Shown here piece by piece: positions 36,601 through 48,822 of a stretch of DNA of 64,000 nt. The translations under genes and the position numbers were made by a program. This stretch comes from Haliotis rubra (lineage: Eukaryota), in NCBI RefSeq assembly GCF_003918875.1, contig NW_025767734.1, positions 372,001-436,000 of the forward strand, written 5' to 3'. Position 1 is the first letter of the stretch, and every line of letters begins with the position of its first letter. The notes under the pieces were generated by a model. That model was given only the letters and a program-made list of their open reading frames with translations. It ran no database searches and had not been told where the DNA came from.

Positions 36601-39600
36601 CACTATGTACGTAAAATCCGCTGATTAAAACATCACTGATCATGGCCGGATACAGAAATATAGAGACATACAATAACCTTTTCCTTGGAATTATACTATA
36701 GACGCAGCTGGACACCAACAGGAACTATAAAGATTTAGAACAATCATTATCACCCAAATTCCTGGATTTACATACGCTATATTTTTGGGTTTTTGTTTTG
36801 TAGGTAGATATGTGGCCCATACCTGCAAACCGCCCGCCAATACATCTGATATCTACCACGTCATTGACAATGAACTCTTTCAAGCCAACAACAGCAAGAT
36901 CTACTTTGAGAAATGTAACATACGGGTTGAAGCCAACATTTCTGGTGATATCTCCACCTCCAATTTGTCCTGTATCTATGGATACGAGTATGTGGAAGGG
37001 AAAGATACTTCGCTGATGTCTGATGTGAGTTGAAGGTTTTTAATCCTTTCAGTTTGCTTGGAAAGATTTGATATGACAACACTCTGACCATTAGGTTAAT
37101 ATTTTCATAAAAACCTCTGTTGTGGTTTAAACATTACGTTTGGATACTAGTTTCAGCGCTGAAACAACTTTAAGAATTTTTAATGTGTGGAAGTTAAAAC
37201 AGTCTTAGTTCTACAGCTATTGTAGATCTTTGTTAAAGTATAGGAATTACAAATGTCTGAGCGATACAGCCGCTACACGTCTGTGAACAAGTATAGGAAT
37301 TACAAGTCTAAGTGCTGCCTGTCTATGTTAAAGAATAGGCTACAAGAATGTCTGCGCTACAACTTTCATAACTCCATGTTAAAGTATAGGCGTACAACAC
37401 CTGCAACTACTGGACGTTTTCGTTAAAGCATACACGCAGAACAGTTCAGTAGTCCTACACCTATAATGACTTTCAGTCATCATTTAATGGAGTTTTCGCC
37501 GCTTTCTTTCCATCTACATTTACATCGTCATATTTACAGATGGACATCGTGTGTGACAGAGCACATTTACGGGGATTTGCCCAGACGCTTCTCATCATAG
37601 GGCAGGGTATTGGAGCGTTCGTTCTTCCCCCCTTCTCGGACCGTTTTGGCCGCCGCCCTGTGCATCTTTTCTCCCACCTTTGTCTTCTTGGATTGGGATT
37701 GGGAGTCGCCTTCGCACCTACCTACACCGTATTTCTTGTATTACGAGTGTTCTTGGGTTTTGTGCAACAGGTAAATTTGATCTGATTTATACATCAACTA
37801 AACTCGAAGGAATTACCAGAAACGTCAATGTAACTCATCGGCAATTCTAACGGAAAGCTATGGTCTTAACGCATTAACACACATTAAATGATATGGTACT
37901 ACTTCAGATGACTTTTCTACTGACACAAGGTAACATGTAGTTTACGTCCTTTGTAGGGAATAGTATTGACGAATATGACAATTACAATTGAGGTTTTCCC
38001 CTCTCGTCATCGGAAGCTGAGTTGCCTCTTTACCTCTATAATATGGACATTTGCCACCGCATCCATCGCCCTGATCGCCTACCTGATGCAGACCTACTCC
38101 TGGAGAACTATACAGCTTGTGTACTGTTCTGTGTCCTTATACGTCTTTGTCCAGTACTTGTGAGTAATTGCACCTTCTGTGAGCTTTATGCTAAAACGCG
38201 ATTTACCTTTTCTTGAAAGTGTTTCAGTAATGTCTTGTGCTACTGTTGCTGTCTGATTCTCACCGGACCGCCATTATTCCCTGCTGGAACTATTATTGTA
38301 AGGAACCAGCTATCGGTTACACCTACTCACTCACTCACTATTATTGTAAGGAGGGTACATACTAAATCAGCTGAACACGTGAACTGATCATGTCTTAGAT
38401 ATGTTTCATTTCACCTTGTATGTGACAATTATTCAGAACACTTTGACATGAAACATACTCTATTTTACCTTTGCTGTTCGCACACGTGTACGTCCTAGAT
38501 GTACGTTGCGGAATGATGAAAACAGATAGGACAAAGGATAGAGCATTCATGATACTTCTTATTGTCATATATTGTATGATTTAACAGAAAGAGATCCAGT
38601 TCATTAGAGGAACTCCTGACACGCTAAATGATACAGATCTATGTGTTCCAACAGGCACATGTATTGCATTATGGTTCCCCGAAAACCTGTAATGGTTGTT
38701 ACTTTCATTCTACCAATTCAAGCTTGCTGGACGAGTCTCTGTCCTGGTTGATCACCAACAACAAGACCAATCAAGTCACTAAGAATCTCAAGAAAGCAGC
38801 TCGCATCAGCGGTAAGGACTATCAAACAGTTTTGAATGTTTACAAGAACATACAGAAACAACAGGAATCTGAGAACAGCCTCACTCAGTCTTTAATTGGA
38901 AGCAAAGACCAGGGCCTCAATGGAAAGAAGACAACTCTGAAAGAAAAGGATAAGACTAAGCCTTCATTCTTAGACCTGATGAAAAGAAAACGACTGGCCG
39001 CGAATGTGTTTGTATTGTGGTTTGTATGGTACGTCAACCCACTTTCTCAATGAGTCAACCGAAATGAATATAATTGTGACGTAATAGTTTGGGCTCGGAC
39101 CGAGTAGGAATGAACAATTCATGGTCAATGTTCAACCTCTAACTGTGTCACCTGCAGCTTGGAACAGCCAACAAGTGACAGATATATTGGTGACCTAACC
39201 AAGGTATCAATAAAGTATCTGCCAGAAAAATGGCTCTACACCTTTGAATCCTTACATAATACGTTATGAGAGTCATCGTAATTATCGAGTCCTCCGGATC
39301 TAAAACACTGCTATGTGTGTCACTTCTATTGGTGTTTCTAAATGTACAGATCTCATACATATCTCACAAAGGGTTTTTCGAGAGTCAGTCTCAGTGCCTC
39401 ACTCATAAAGATGTCTCTTGTATTGCTCGTTTCTGATGTTTGCTGTGATGCCAGTGTTTATGTTTCAGGATAACAGACAGTTTAACAGTGTTTGGACTAT
39501 TCATGATGTCATATTCTCTAGCTGGTAGCCCTCACTTCAATTTCGTGCTTTACTCTCTCCTTGAGGTTCCGTCAGTTCTTGTCCTCTACTTCATGGTCGA

Positions 39601-42270
39601 CAGGTACACCCTTTCCTGACATGATGAATGAATTATGAACACGCTCCGTGTACCTTCACTGAATGGAATATGGTTGGCCCGGTATATGTGCAGAATTTCA
39701 TATANNNNNNNNNNNNNNNNNNNNNNNNNNNNNNNNNNNNNNNNNNNNNNNNNNNNNNNNNNNNNNNNNNNNNNNNNNNNNNNNNNNNNNNNNNNNNNNN
39801 NNNNNNNNNNNNNNNNNNNNNNNNNNNNNNNNNNNNNNNNNNNNNNNNNNNNNNNNNNNNNNNNNNNNNNNNNNNNNNNNNNNNCTAAATCGTGTTCTGG
39901 GGTTACATCAAAGTCGAATAGACCTGTATCACATTGAGCTTTCTCCTCTCATCAAACCGATCTGTTTTTGTGTCAGTTGGGAGTGTTGTTTTTACTATAT
40001 GCGACGGTATCTGTGTCGAGTATCAAACATGTTAAAGGGGCAGAGTAACCCGGATGGCTATGACGACGACCTACTGTTAATCGAGTCTGGACCAAGCAAA
40101 CCAGTGACTCAAAGCGTGATTAACATGAACGACATTAGTGTACGGTGGGACACCGTTCTCTTCAATCTGTTGAAGCTAACGCCTATAGTTACCTTTTCCA
40201 ATTATTGTAATGAAGAATGTGTAGATTGCCTCAGGTGTACGTGCACTATATATAAATGCTACTTTGTTATATTTGACAGATATGGTCGCAAGAAGACAAG
40301 CATGACTCTACATGGCACCGCTGGTATTGCTCTGCTTGCGGCAACCGTCTGCAAATCTGTAGGCAGTAAGTAATGAATCGATATTTATTCTCTACCAGTT
40401 TGAAAACTTAACACTTGATAACCTGATTTCCACAATGGAAGAAGTGTGTGCATGATTATGAAGATAGATGTATAATATTATCATACTGCTGTCCAGGTAA
40501 CAATACCTACGATAATTAGTGGATTGAGGCATCATGTTATTGGAAAAATCCATAATGTTCCATGATCCCCCAATGCACTTCGGAACAGAAGAAGTCAATA
40601 ATGAGTATGACCTCCTACGGCGGCCGTGACGGCAACACAACATCTGCTCGTGGAAAACCTGCCGGAAGTTGTGACGAATGTTTACACAGGTTCGTGCATG
40701 TCTGGGATTGATTCATCTGTTCTCGCATCCCTCCACCGAGCTCATCTCAATTGCGGCTGATCTCGTTCAAGCCTAGGAAACGGGAAACCCAGTCAGTGAC
40801 ATGAACACCGTCTTATTAAGAAGCGCATCAGAATTGCAGTACAAGGCGTAGCGTTGTCACGTTGAAAAGTCAGCCCAGGATGCATGAAGGCAGGTGGACT
40901 GTAGTTAAAACTCGGTGCCGATACGCAACTGTATTCCACTAGACGGGAATGAACCGTTTGCACAAAATGCTCCCCAAGCCATTACGTTGCAAAATCAAAC
41001 TGGTACAACCCCATGATAATAACACGGTGGGGGTCTACGTCACCCGTTCCCTGCTATCGACAAAGCGCAATGGGAAGCCTGACGCGTTACTGAAGACACA
41101 CCTGTCCCACTGCCTCTAGTTGATCCTGGTTTGTCTGATGATCCAGATTGATCACCCATATACACACTTTTACCCAGCAATATAATTTGTTATGTTCGGT
41201 AGGGTAGTGATCAGAATGGTATAGCATGCTGGCATTTACAACATATTTTACACGCTGGTTCCAGAAGGCAGCTCATGGTCTCCGATTGCTGTCACTATCT
41301 TCTCTTTTATCGGGATGTTCGGGGCGTCGGGGGCATGGGGAACGTCCTGCCTCTTCACACCAGAAATGTTTCCAACAAATATGAGGTCAGTATTCTTTGA
41401 TATGATCAAACCTATACCTATTTATACATTTCTTTGGGGCTCTTTCAATTAGATTAAATAATAATGGAACATATCCCAATATTTGGAGACGGACACTGCT
41501 GTTTCGATGCACACATTCCGAACACCTACTTCAAAATTATTGTCTGTTAATTATTCATATTTTCACAATAAATTAATTCACTTACATGGAAACAACAAAG
41601 TAACTAATTTCAGAAATTTTGGACTGGGGACTTCGTCTGCCTGTTCTCGGCTTGGTGGGATGTTGGCTCCTTTCTCGAGTCTCCTTGTAAGTATGACCAG
41701 ATTCAACGTCAACGCTTAGTTGTATCATCATTATTCCTTGTGTAGTATCAAACTGGTAAATTTGCACAGATCGCGGTTCGCAGTTTGGTACCGTTCATTA
41801 TAGCTCAGTTAAGTTTCAGGGAGTTATTAAGGTTCTACACCGGGTTTAGCATGATTACAACGATCTTGCACTTATTTTTTATAACTGGTCCTTTTCCTAA
41901 TCATTTCTTGGTATTGAAATTGAACCTGAACATGGATCCACGCAAATGGGATACGATGACATACATCAACAAAGTCCGGGTGGGATGGGTATGGGCGGGG
42001 TTTGCATTTGAAATCAGCACAGGGACGTTTTATGCACCATTGAAGCCAGTTTAGATTAAAATACCGTATTTGTTCACATAAATGCAGGCTGGATACGTGG
42101 AGTGGGCCCCTGGAACCATCTTCGGAGTGTGCTGTCTCCTGGCTGCCGTCCTCGTGAACGTCCTGCCAGAGACGATGGGGAGAGAACTCCCTCAAACCCT
42201 GGACGACGTGGAAGCATGGCACAAGAAGACGGACGCCAAAACAGCTAAAGATATGGACAATTCTCCTTAG
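33605..42270 (+). CDS. SLC22-family gene, copy C, 10 coding exons, 565 aa (recent duplicate of A)
   Basis: Exons 33605-33743, 36804-37024, 37540-37770, 37957-38159, 38723-39028, 39469-39603, 40280-40365, 41265-41385, 41614-41686, 42088-42270. Exon lengths identical to A, GT-AG introns, open frame, introns alignable to A. Confidence 0.92.
34279..34510. repeat. Fold-back inverted repeat (MITE-like)
   Basis: ~85-bp imperfect inverted arms (ttaacaaacgat...acgaggggggaccacttgctg / cagcaagtggtcccccctcgt...atcgtttgttaa) around a ~63-bp spacer. Confidence 0.75.
35455..36572 (+). mobile_element. Decayed non-LTR retrotransposon RT/C-terminal fragment (RTE-X-like, clade tentative)
   Basis: LMFADD, INLSKTKVLVFRNGG, KYLG, PILCYGSEIW, LAVETGRY...RLCLFC; only in C intron 1. 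Confidence 0.8.
35565..35709 (-). mobile_element. tRNA-derived SINE, family 1 (degraded)
   Basis: 10-bp TSD gttacaacag interrupting the LINE frame. Confidence 0.85.
39705..39884. other. Assembly gap (180 N) in intron 6 of gene C
   Basis: Run of N. Confidence 1.
40570..41140 (-). mobile_element. Highly decayed Tc1 DDE fragment in intron 7 of C
   Basis: Minus strand reads ...MHPGLTFQRDNATPCTA...; region differs from A intron 7. Confidence 0.6.
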
Positions 42271-42406
42271 TATCTCGGAACTGAGAATTTCCTGACCCTA
42301 ATTTCGAGAAAACAATAATGATGTGTGAAATTTGGTTCATTGGGTAAAGAAGCCCACCATAAAATGTTGTGAAAAGCCAGATATATGTATGACTGATGAT
42401 GCTACA

Positions 42407-42412
42407 AATAAA
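42407..42412 (+). promoter_or_regulatory. Candidate polyadenylation signal of gene C
   Basis: First AATAAA, ~136 nt after the stop codon. Confidence 0.4.
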
Positions 42413-42715
42413 CAGTTAACCTGACTATTTTTGTGCGTTCAGTACACATTTGACCTTACAAGTGTAGCGTCACGTGTCTACTTATTAAACTTTACGGGAA
42501 ACAGTTCGCTGTCAAACAGAACATATACATACACACCTGCATATACATCATGGCACATCTGCCATTGCGCCAGGCAAGGGATACAGGCAATTGTTGGTGG
42601 AAATTGTGTGAACGGTGTGTGACACAGGAGGAGGCAGGACACATTTACCCTTTTCGCGCATACATGGTGACGTCATTGATTTTCAGTGGTCCACTGATAT
42701 GATAATCAGAGCTCA

Positions 42716-44130
42716 GGGGGCATGGTGGGCGAGCTGTGTAAGGCGCAAGGCTAGTGATCCAGTGAGTTTGAGGTGCCGCGATCGAGCCCACCTGTGACAG
42801 GGTGTAAAAATCTCGGAGTCAACTTTGCATGCAGACTCTTTCAGTGTTGTCACAACCCCTAGTGTACAGTACATAATCCTGTGCACTTAACAGAACCCAT
42901 GAATCCGTTGGTATAAGGCCAGATGGTGGCCACATGAATACGTGCAAACACCTATAGTTTGGCATGAAATGCATGTGGACCCGGTTTTTTTTAAATATCT
43001 CTTCATCCAATGACCCAATCGATCTCAAACTGTGCAAGTGGATGTTTTGTCAGACAACCTTATTACATTGTAAATCACCGATTTTATGCATTTGTATCAA
43101 AGAATCTGTCTATGTAACTGTCAACAAAATAAACAGCAGAACGCAAACTGCTTGCAGAGGGAGGGAGCCAATGACCTGTAACAGCGGCAGTGTTGGGTCA
43201 TAAAGGTAAATGCACGTGCAGTTCATGATAGTTACCTGTGCACTGCACAGTGATAGACCGTTTGGATCATTCTCATTGACTACTTCTAGCTGTCATCATG
43301 AAAGATATTCAGATGATGCTAAACGTTTAATTAGAAATGTGTTGATTTTTTTGGAAAAAGAGAGCAAACGTAGCAAACCGATTTATAAGGTGTCGGATTA
43401 CATGAAACGTACAACTTCTGCTCTTGGCATGAAAAAGAACATCGTGCTAAAAATTGTGAAAAATAAACAAACAACCAATAAACAAAACCTTGTACAAAAA
43501 GGTAGGCATCCACAGTTAGATTCTTTTGACATCAGGGTCATCAGAGATGTCATTCGCCAGCTATTTGCTAGAAATGAACACCTCTTAATACCTGTCACGT
43601 GCATAGCTGACCTACATTGACGAACGTTGACCTTTATGACCCAACACTGCCGCTGTTACAGGTCATTGGCTCCCCACTCTGCAAGCAGTTTGCGTTCTGC
43701 TGTTTATTTTGACAGTTACATAGACAGATTCTTTAATACAAATGCATAAAATCGGTGATTTACAATGTGATTAGGTTGTCTGACAAAACATCCACTTGCA
43801 CAGTTTAAGATCGATTGGGTCATTGGATGAAGAGATATTTTTTAAAAAACGGGTCCACATGCATTTCATGCCAAACTATAGGTGCGGGTACAGCAACGTG
43901 CAGTGAACTTGGACAAAGTACTGTGACTATGTGTCTGAGTCCAACCAGCTGTGAATGGGTACCTCGTAAGGATGGGAAAAGCCACATTAACTTGGTGTGC
44001 CTAGTGGCTGCAAGAGTTGTATGCTCCCCTGGGAGTTGAGATTGACATCCAATGATCGAGGGAAAAACAAAGCGCCTTTGAGCAGGTGATCTGGATATTG
44101 GCGCTATACAAATATAAATATATAATATTT
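42716..44130 (+). mobile_element. Composite tRNA-like SINE (Nin/Deu-like body, L2-type tail) interrupted by a DNA transposon
   Basis: Head ggggcatggtggg...cgatcgagccc; body caactttgcatgcagactc...acaacccctagtgt...gtgcacttaa; ccagctgtgaatgggtacc; tail gcgcctttgag...gcgctatacaaat. Domain names are from recall. Confidence 0.6.
42955..43878 (+). mobile_element. Non-autonomous long-TIR DNA transposon (IS630-Tc1-mariner-like)
   Basis: ~250-bp TIRs (tagtttggcatgaaatgcatgtggaccc...), TA TSD, internal N-terminal transposase-like remnant (LIRNVLIFLEKE...LDSFDIRVIRDVIRQLF). Confidence 0.85.
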
Positions 44131-44369
44131 ACCCTTTACGCCGAAAAGAATCTGCCATATCTTTCCATCAGAACATGAAGTTAGCTCCAGTTGTTACCTA
44201 TTTCGACGTTGCAGTAGCTGCGGAGATGGTAACATCATTGGCAAAAGTGTTTCAGTGTGGAAGGGGATCACTTAGAAAAATCAAATTTGTGCATTGGGAT
44301 CAACTGTTTCTATGTCAGCCCAGAACTCATCATTTAATCCGATTATACCTCCATCTAAAGGCTCTACAT

Positions 44370-44690
44370 GGCACCTTCACCTACGTTTACACCTTCACCT
44401 GAACATACACATACATCTACACCTTCACCTACACCTTCATCTACACCTTCACCTACACCTTCCCCTACATCTTCACCTGCACCTAAACCTTTCACCTCCA
44501 CCTACGCCTACAACTACAACTACACCTGCACCTGCACCTGCACCTGCACCTACACCTACACCTACACCTACACATACACCTACACCTACTGCACCTACAA
44601 CTTCACCTACACATACACCCACACCTGCACCTACACCTACACCTTAACCTACACCTTCACCTGCACCTACACATGCACCTACACCTTCTA
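44370..44690 (+). repeat. (ACACCT)n hexamer simple repeat, paralogue of 18775-19230
   Basis: Direct inspection. Confidence 0.95.
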
Positions 44691-45197
44691 CTTGTTACAC
44701 ATGAGGCTTTGTCAGATGCATAAAACAGTTACGACACTGTTACCATTTTTGAACAGTACAGTTGAATGGTGATCTTTTCATAAATAGTGTAATGTGTTGA
44801 TACAAAATCTGACACAACCAAACGTCAAATGAATCAGCAAAAGAATGGACATCTCTACTGCAGATTCCATAACGGTTTTCCTCTGTGGTCATGGTCGGTC
44901 CAGAGCAATTGTTCAGATGACAGTAAGGATTCACGTGGTTACTGTGTTTGTTGACTTCATGTTGGTCGTTCTGTGATAGCGTGAATATTTACTCTTACTC
45001 GCACACTCTTCAGTCTCAATGCAGTCAGGAGAGACATAGCTTGAATGTTGCTGACAACAGCATTGAACATTCACCCACTGAGTTGAGACACAACGCAAAT
45101 ACATATTTACAAATTACTACCACGGTATCACAAAGGCAGTACAATACAGTGTGGCAGCTCTAATTCAAAGGTAAGTCAATACAAGAGCAGTGATTCC

Positions 45198-47083
45198 GCC
45201 TCTCATCAACAATGATCCAACTTGGAAGACAGGGCAGAGAGTGTCCAGGGTGTGATCATCACAAACAATGGTTATATTCATCTCTCATCAACAGTGATCC
45301 AACTTGGAAGACAGGGCAGAGAGTGTCCAGGGTGTGATCATCACAAACAATGGTTATATTCATCTCTCATCAACAGTGATCCAACTTCATGAAGACAAGG
45401 AAGAAAGGGCAGATAGTGTCCAGGGTGTGATCATCACAAACAATGCTGGTTATATTCATCTCTCATCAACAGTGATCCAACTTTGAAGACAGGGCAGATA
45501 GTGTCCAGGGTGTGATCATCACAAACAATGCTGGTTATATTCATCTCTCATCAACAGTGATCCAACTTTGAAGACAGGGCAGATAGTGTCCAGGGTGTGA
45601 TCATCACAAACAATGCTGGTTATATTCATCTCTCATCAACAGTGATCCAACTTGGAAGACAGGGCAGAGAGCGTCCAGGGTGTGATCATCACAAACAATG
45701 CTGGTTATATTCATCTCTCATCAACAGTGATCCAACTTGGAAGACAGGGCAGAGAGCGTCCAGGGTGTGATCATCACAAACAATGCTGGTTATATTCATC
45801 TCTCATCAACAGTGATCCAACTTGGAAGACAGGGCAGAGAGCGTCCAGAGAGTGTCCAGGGTGTGATCATCACAAACAATGCTGGTTATATTCATCTCTC
45901 ATCAACAGTGATCCAACTTGGAAGACAGGGTAGAGAGCGTCCAGGGTGTGATCATCACAAACAATGCTGGTTATATTCATCTCTCATCAACAGTGATCCA
46001 ACTTGGAAGACAGGGTAGAGAGCGTCCAGGGTGTGATCATCACAAACAATGCTGGTTATATTCATCTCTCATCAACAGTGATCCAACTTGGAAGACAGGG
46101 CAGAGAGCGTCCAGGGTGTGATCATCACAAACAATGCTGGTTATATTCATCTCTCATCAACAGTGATCCAACTTGGAAGACAGGGTAGAGAGCGTCCAGG
46201 GTGTGATCATCACAAACAATGCTGGTTATATTCATCTCTCATCAACAGTGATCCAACTTGGAAGACAGGGTAGAGAGCGTCCAGGGTGTGATCATCACAA
46301 ACAATGCTGGTTATATTCATCTCTCATCAACAGTGATCCAACTTGGAAGACAGGGCAGAGAGCGTCCAGGGTGTGATCATCACAAACAATGCTGGTTATA
46401 TTCATCTCTCATCAACAGTGATCCAACTTGGAAGACAGGGTAGAGAGCGTCCAGGGTGTGATCATCACAAACAATGCTGGTTATATTCATCTCTCATCAA
46501 CAGTGATCCAACTTGGAAGACAGGGGGCAGTGCTGGAGAGCGTCCAGGGTGTGATCATCACAAACAATGCTGGTTATATTCATCTCTCATCAACAGTGAT
46601 CCAACTTGGAAGACAGGGCAGAGAGCGTCCAGGGTGTGATCATCACAAACAATGCTGGTTATATTCATCTCTCATCAACAGTGATCCAACTTGGAAGACA
46701 GGGCAGAGAGCGTCCAGGGTGTGATCATCACAAACAATGCTGGTTATATTCATCTCTCATCAACAGTGATCCAACTTGGAAGACAGGGAGAGAGCGTCCA
46801 GGGTGTGATCATCACAAACAATGCTGGTTATATTCATCTCTCATCAACAGTGATCCAACTTGGAAGACAGGGTAGAGAGCGTCCAGGGTGTGATCATCAC
46901 AAACAATGCTGGTTATATTCATCTCTCATCAACAGTGATCCAACTTGGAAGACAGGGCAGAGAGCGTCCAGGGTGTGATCATCACAAACAATGCTGGTTA
47001 TATTCATCTCTCATCAACAGTGATCCAACTTGGAAGACAGGGCAGAGAGCGTCCAGGGTGTGATCATCACAAACAATGCTGGT
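45198..47083 (+). repeat. 85-bp minisatellite array, ~22 units
   Basis: Same unit as 20089-20952. Confidence 0.97.
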
Positions 47084-47695
47084 CTTCTTGTGACTTAAGT
47101 TTTAATGTGAGATGAGAAGCAAGAGTTAGCTCCCCTTATATACCTCTCTGGAATAGGTTCCTTACTGTCCGTTACTGAATCTCCAGGTACCATGTATAAC
47201 AGCTAAAACATCGTCTCACAAGGTATAACACTGCCTCAGAAAAATATATGGTTCTATGTAAACTTCTTTCTCTTTAACCTGTTTTCTCTCTGTGTGATTT
47301 CCTGAAAACTATTTCACGTGCTTTCAGGTAATTATGGAAAAACAAGTCCACTCTCCAATTTATATCATAGATTCATTTTTTAACAAGGAAAGACTTTTGA
47401 ATTTGTGATACTAATAGTACTATGTTCATGAACATTACATTCGCCTTACCAGAGTAGTCAAACTACTAATACACTATAATTTTCTGTTACGTGTATTTAT
47501 TTTTACTGTCCTATTTATAATTTTATTCATATAAATAAATTTCTTTTGTGCTCGTGTGAAATCTGAATAGGAAGCTATTGTGCGATTCCGACTTTTTAAT
47601 ATCATATTGTTGTGTTTATGAAGCCCTTATAAGTACGGATGACATCAAATACATTTGTCACTTATAGTCAAATCTGGAAATTTCAAAACCGGAGT

Positions 47696-47940
47696 GACCC
47701 GTGAAGGTCCCGGTTAGAATGAACCTTCAGTAACCAATGCTTGTCGTAAGAGGCGACTAACGGGATCGGGTGGCCAGGCTCGCTGACTTGGTTGACACAT
47801 GTCATCGATTCCCAAATGCGCAGATCGATGCTCATGCTGTTGATCACTAGATTGTCTGTTCCAGACTCGATTATTTACAGACCGCCGCCATATAGCTGGA
47901 ATATTGCTGAGTGCGGCTTAAAACGAAACTCACTCACTCA
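47696..47940 (+). mobile_element. SINE-like family 2, full length
   Basis: TSD-like aa(a/t)ccggagt; empty site at ~21860 in unit 1. Confidence 0.9.
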
Positions 47941-48822
47941 AATCCGGAGTAACGGCTAAAATGATATAACCCTGATCGATAAGGTTTGAAGAAGAATCGT
48001 ATAACGCTTCGGGATTATTGCTCATACCTTAGGTTTCTGGCAACATGCAAATGTTTAAATTTGCCAGTTCTTGGCGGGATTTCAGTTGATGTACTTCAAG
48101 AAACTTATCAGCAAGAAGGGGAGTACAATCGATACCCATGGGGATATTACTAAATGTCCTTTCCCTACATTTCACAAATCATATCATGACAGTCAACGAC
48201 CGAGAATAACCAACCTCAATTCTCCAAGACACACAATCCGCCGATGTAAAAGACAAAAATGGGTGAAAATTATGTAGATCCGTGTTGACACCTGGTGTTC
48301 GCCAAAACAGTGCACATATCCTGTTCATTCCAGCATTTTATTTTATATTTTATCATTACAGTAAAATTCAGATGAATGTCTGTAAATTTCCTTTAGGTTT
48401 TTCAAAATTGCCATGAACCAATGAAATTTGAGATATAATTTTATTGGAAGTCACCAAGTTAATAAGAACTCGCCCATGGAATGGAAGTTTTTTGGTTTCA
48501 ATGTACCTGAACAAAATTAGATGTTTTAACATAACTTGAACTTCATGAGAAAAAAAGCAATCCAGTTCAGTCTAATTTGATTCCATTACCATTTGTACTT
48601 GACACGACATACGATATTAGTAATGCTAGTGTCTCTCTTCAATTAATCACTATGCTCATGCATGTGCTTTGAGGTACCACATATTTATATGGGAATGATA
48701 CATATTCAGCGTCATGACTTAATTACAACCGACATGAGTCTGCAAGCAGAAATAAGTAAGTCGACAAAGGTATACGGCGACAGGAGCAAGGGAATCTATT
48801 ACTTGTTCGTCAGATATCAAGA

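Larger units (their letters stand above)
32190..48722 (+). repeat. Segmental duplication, unit 2 (gene C + spacer + upstream of gene D)
   Basis: Counterpart of 4876-22626; differs by substitutions and many copy-specific TE insertions. Confidence 0.85.

Noticed and set aside
39628-40373. Long ORFs across the N run
   Set aside because: Artefact of the assembly gap; only 40280-40365 is exon.
4876-48722. A and C as uncollapsed haplotypes
   Set aside because: Frequent intronic substitutions and many copy-specific, already decayed TE insertions favour a true duplication. Not fully excluded without read depth.
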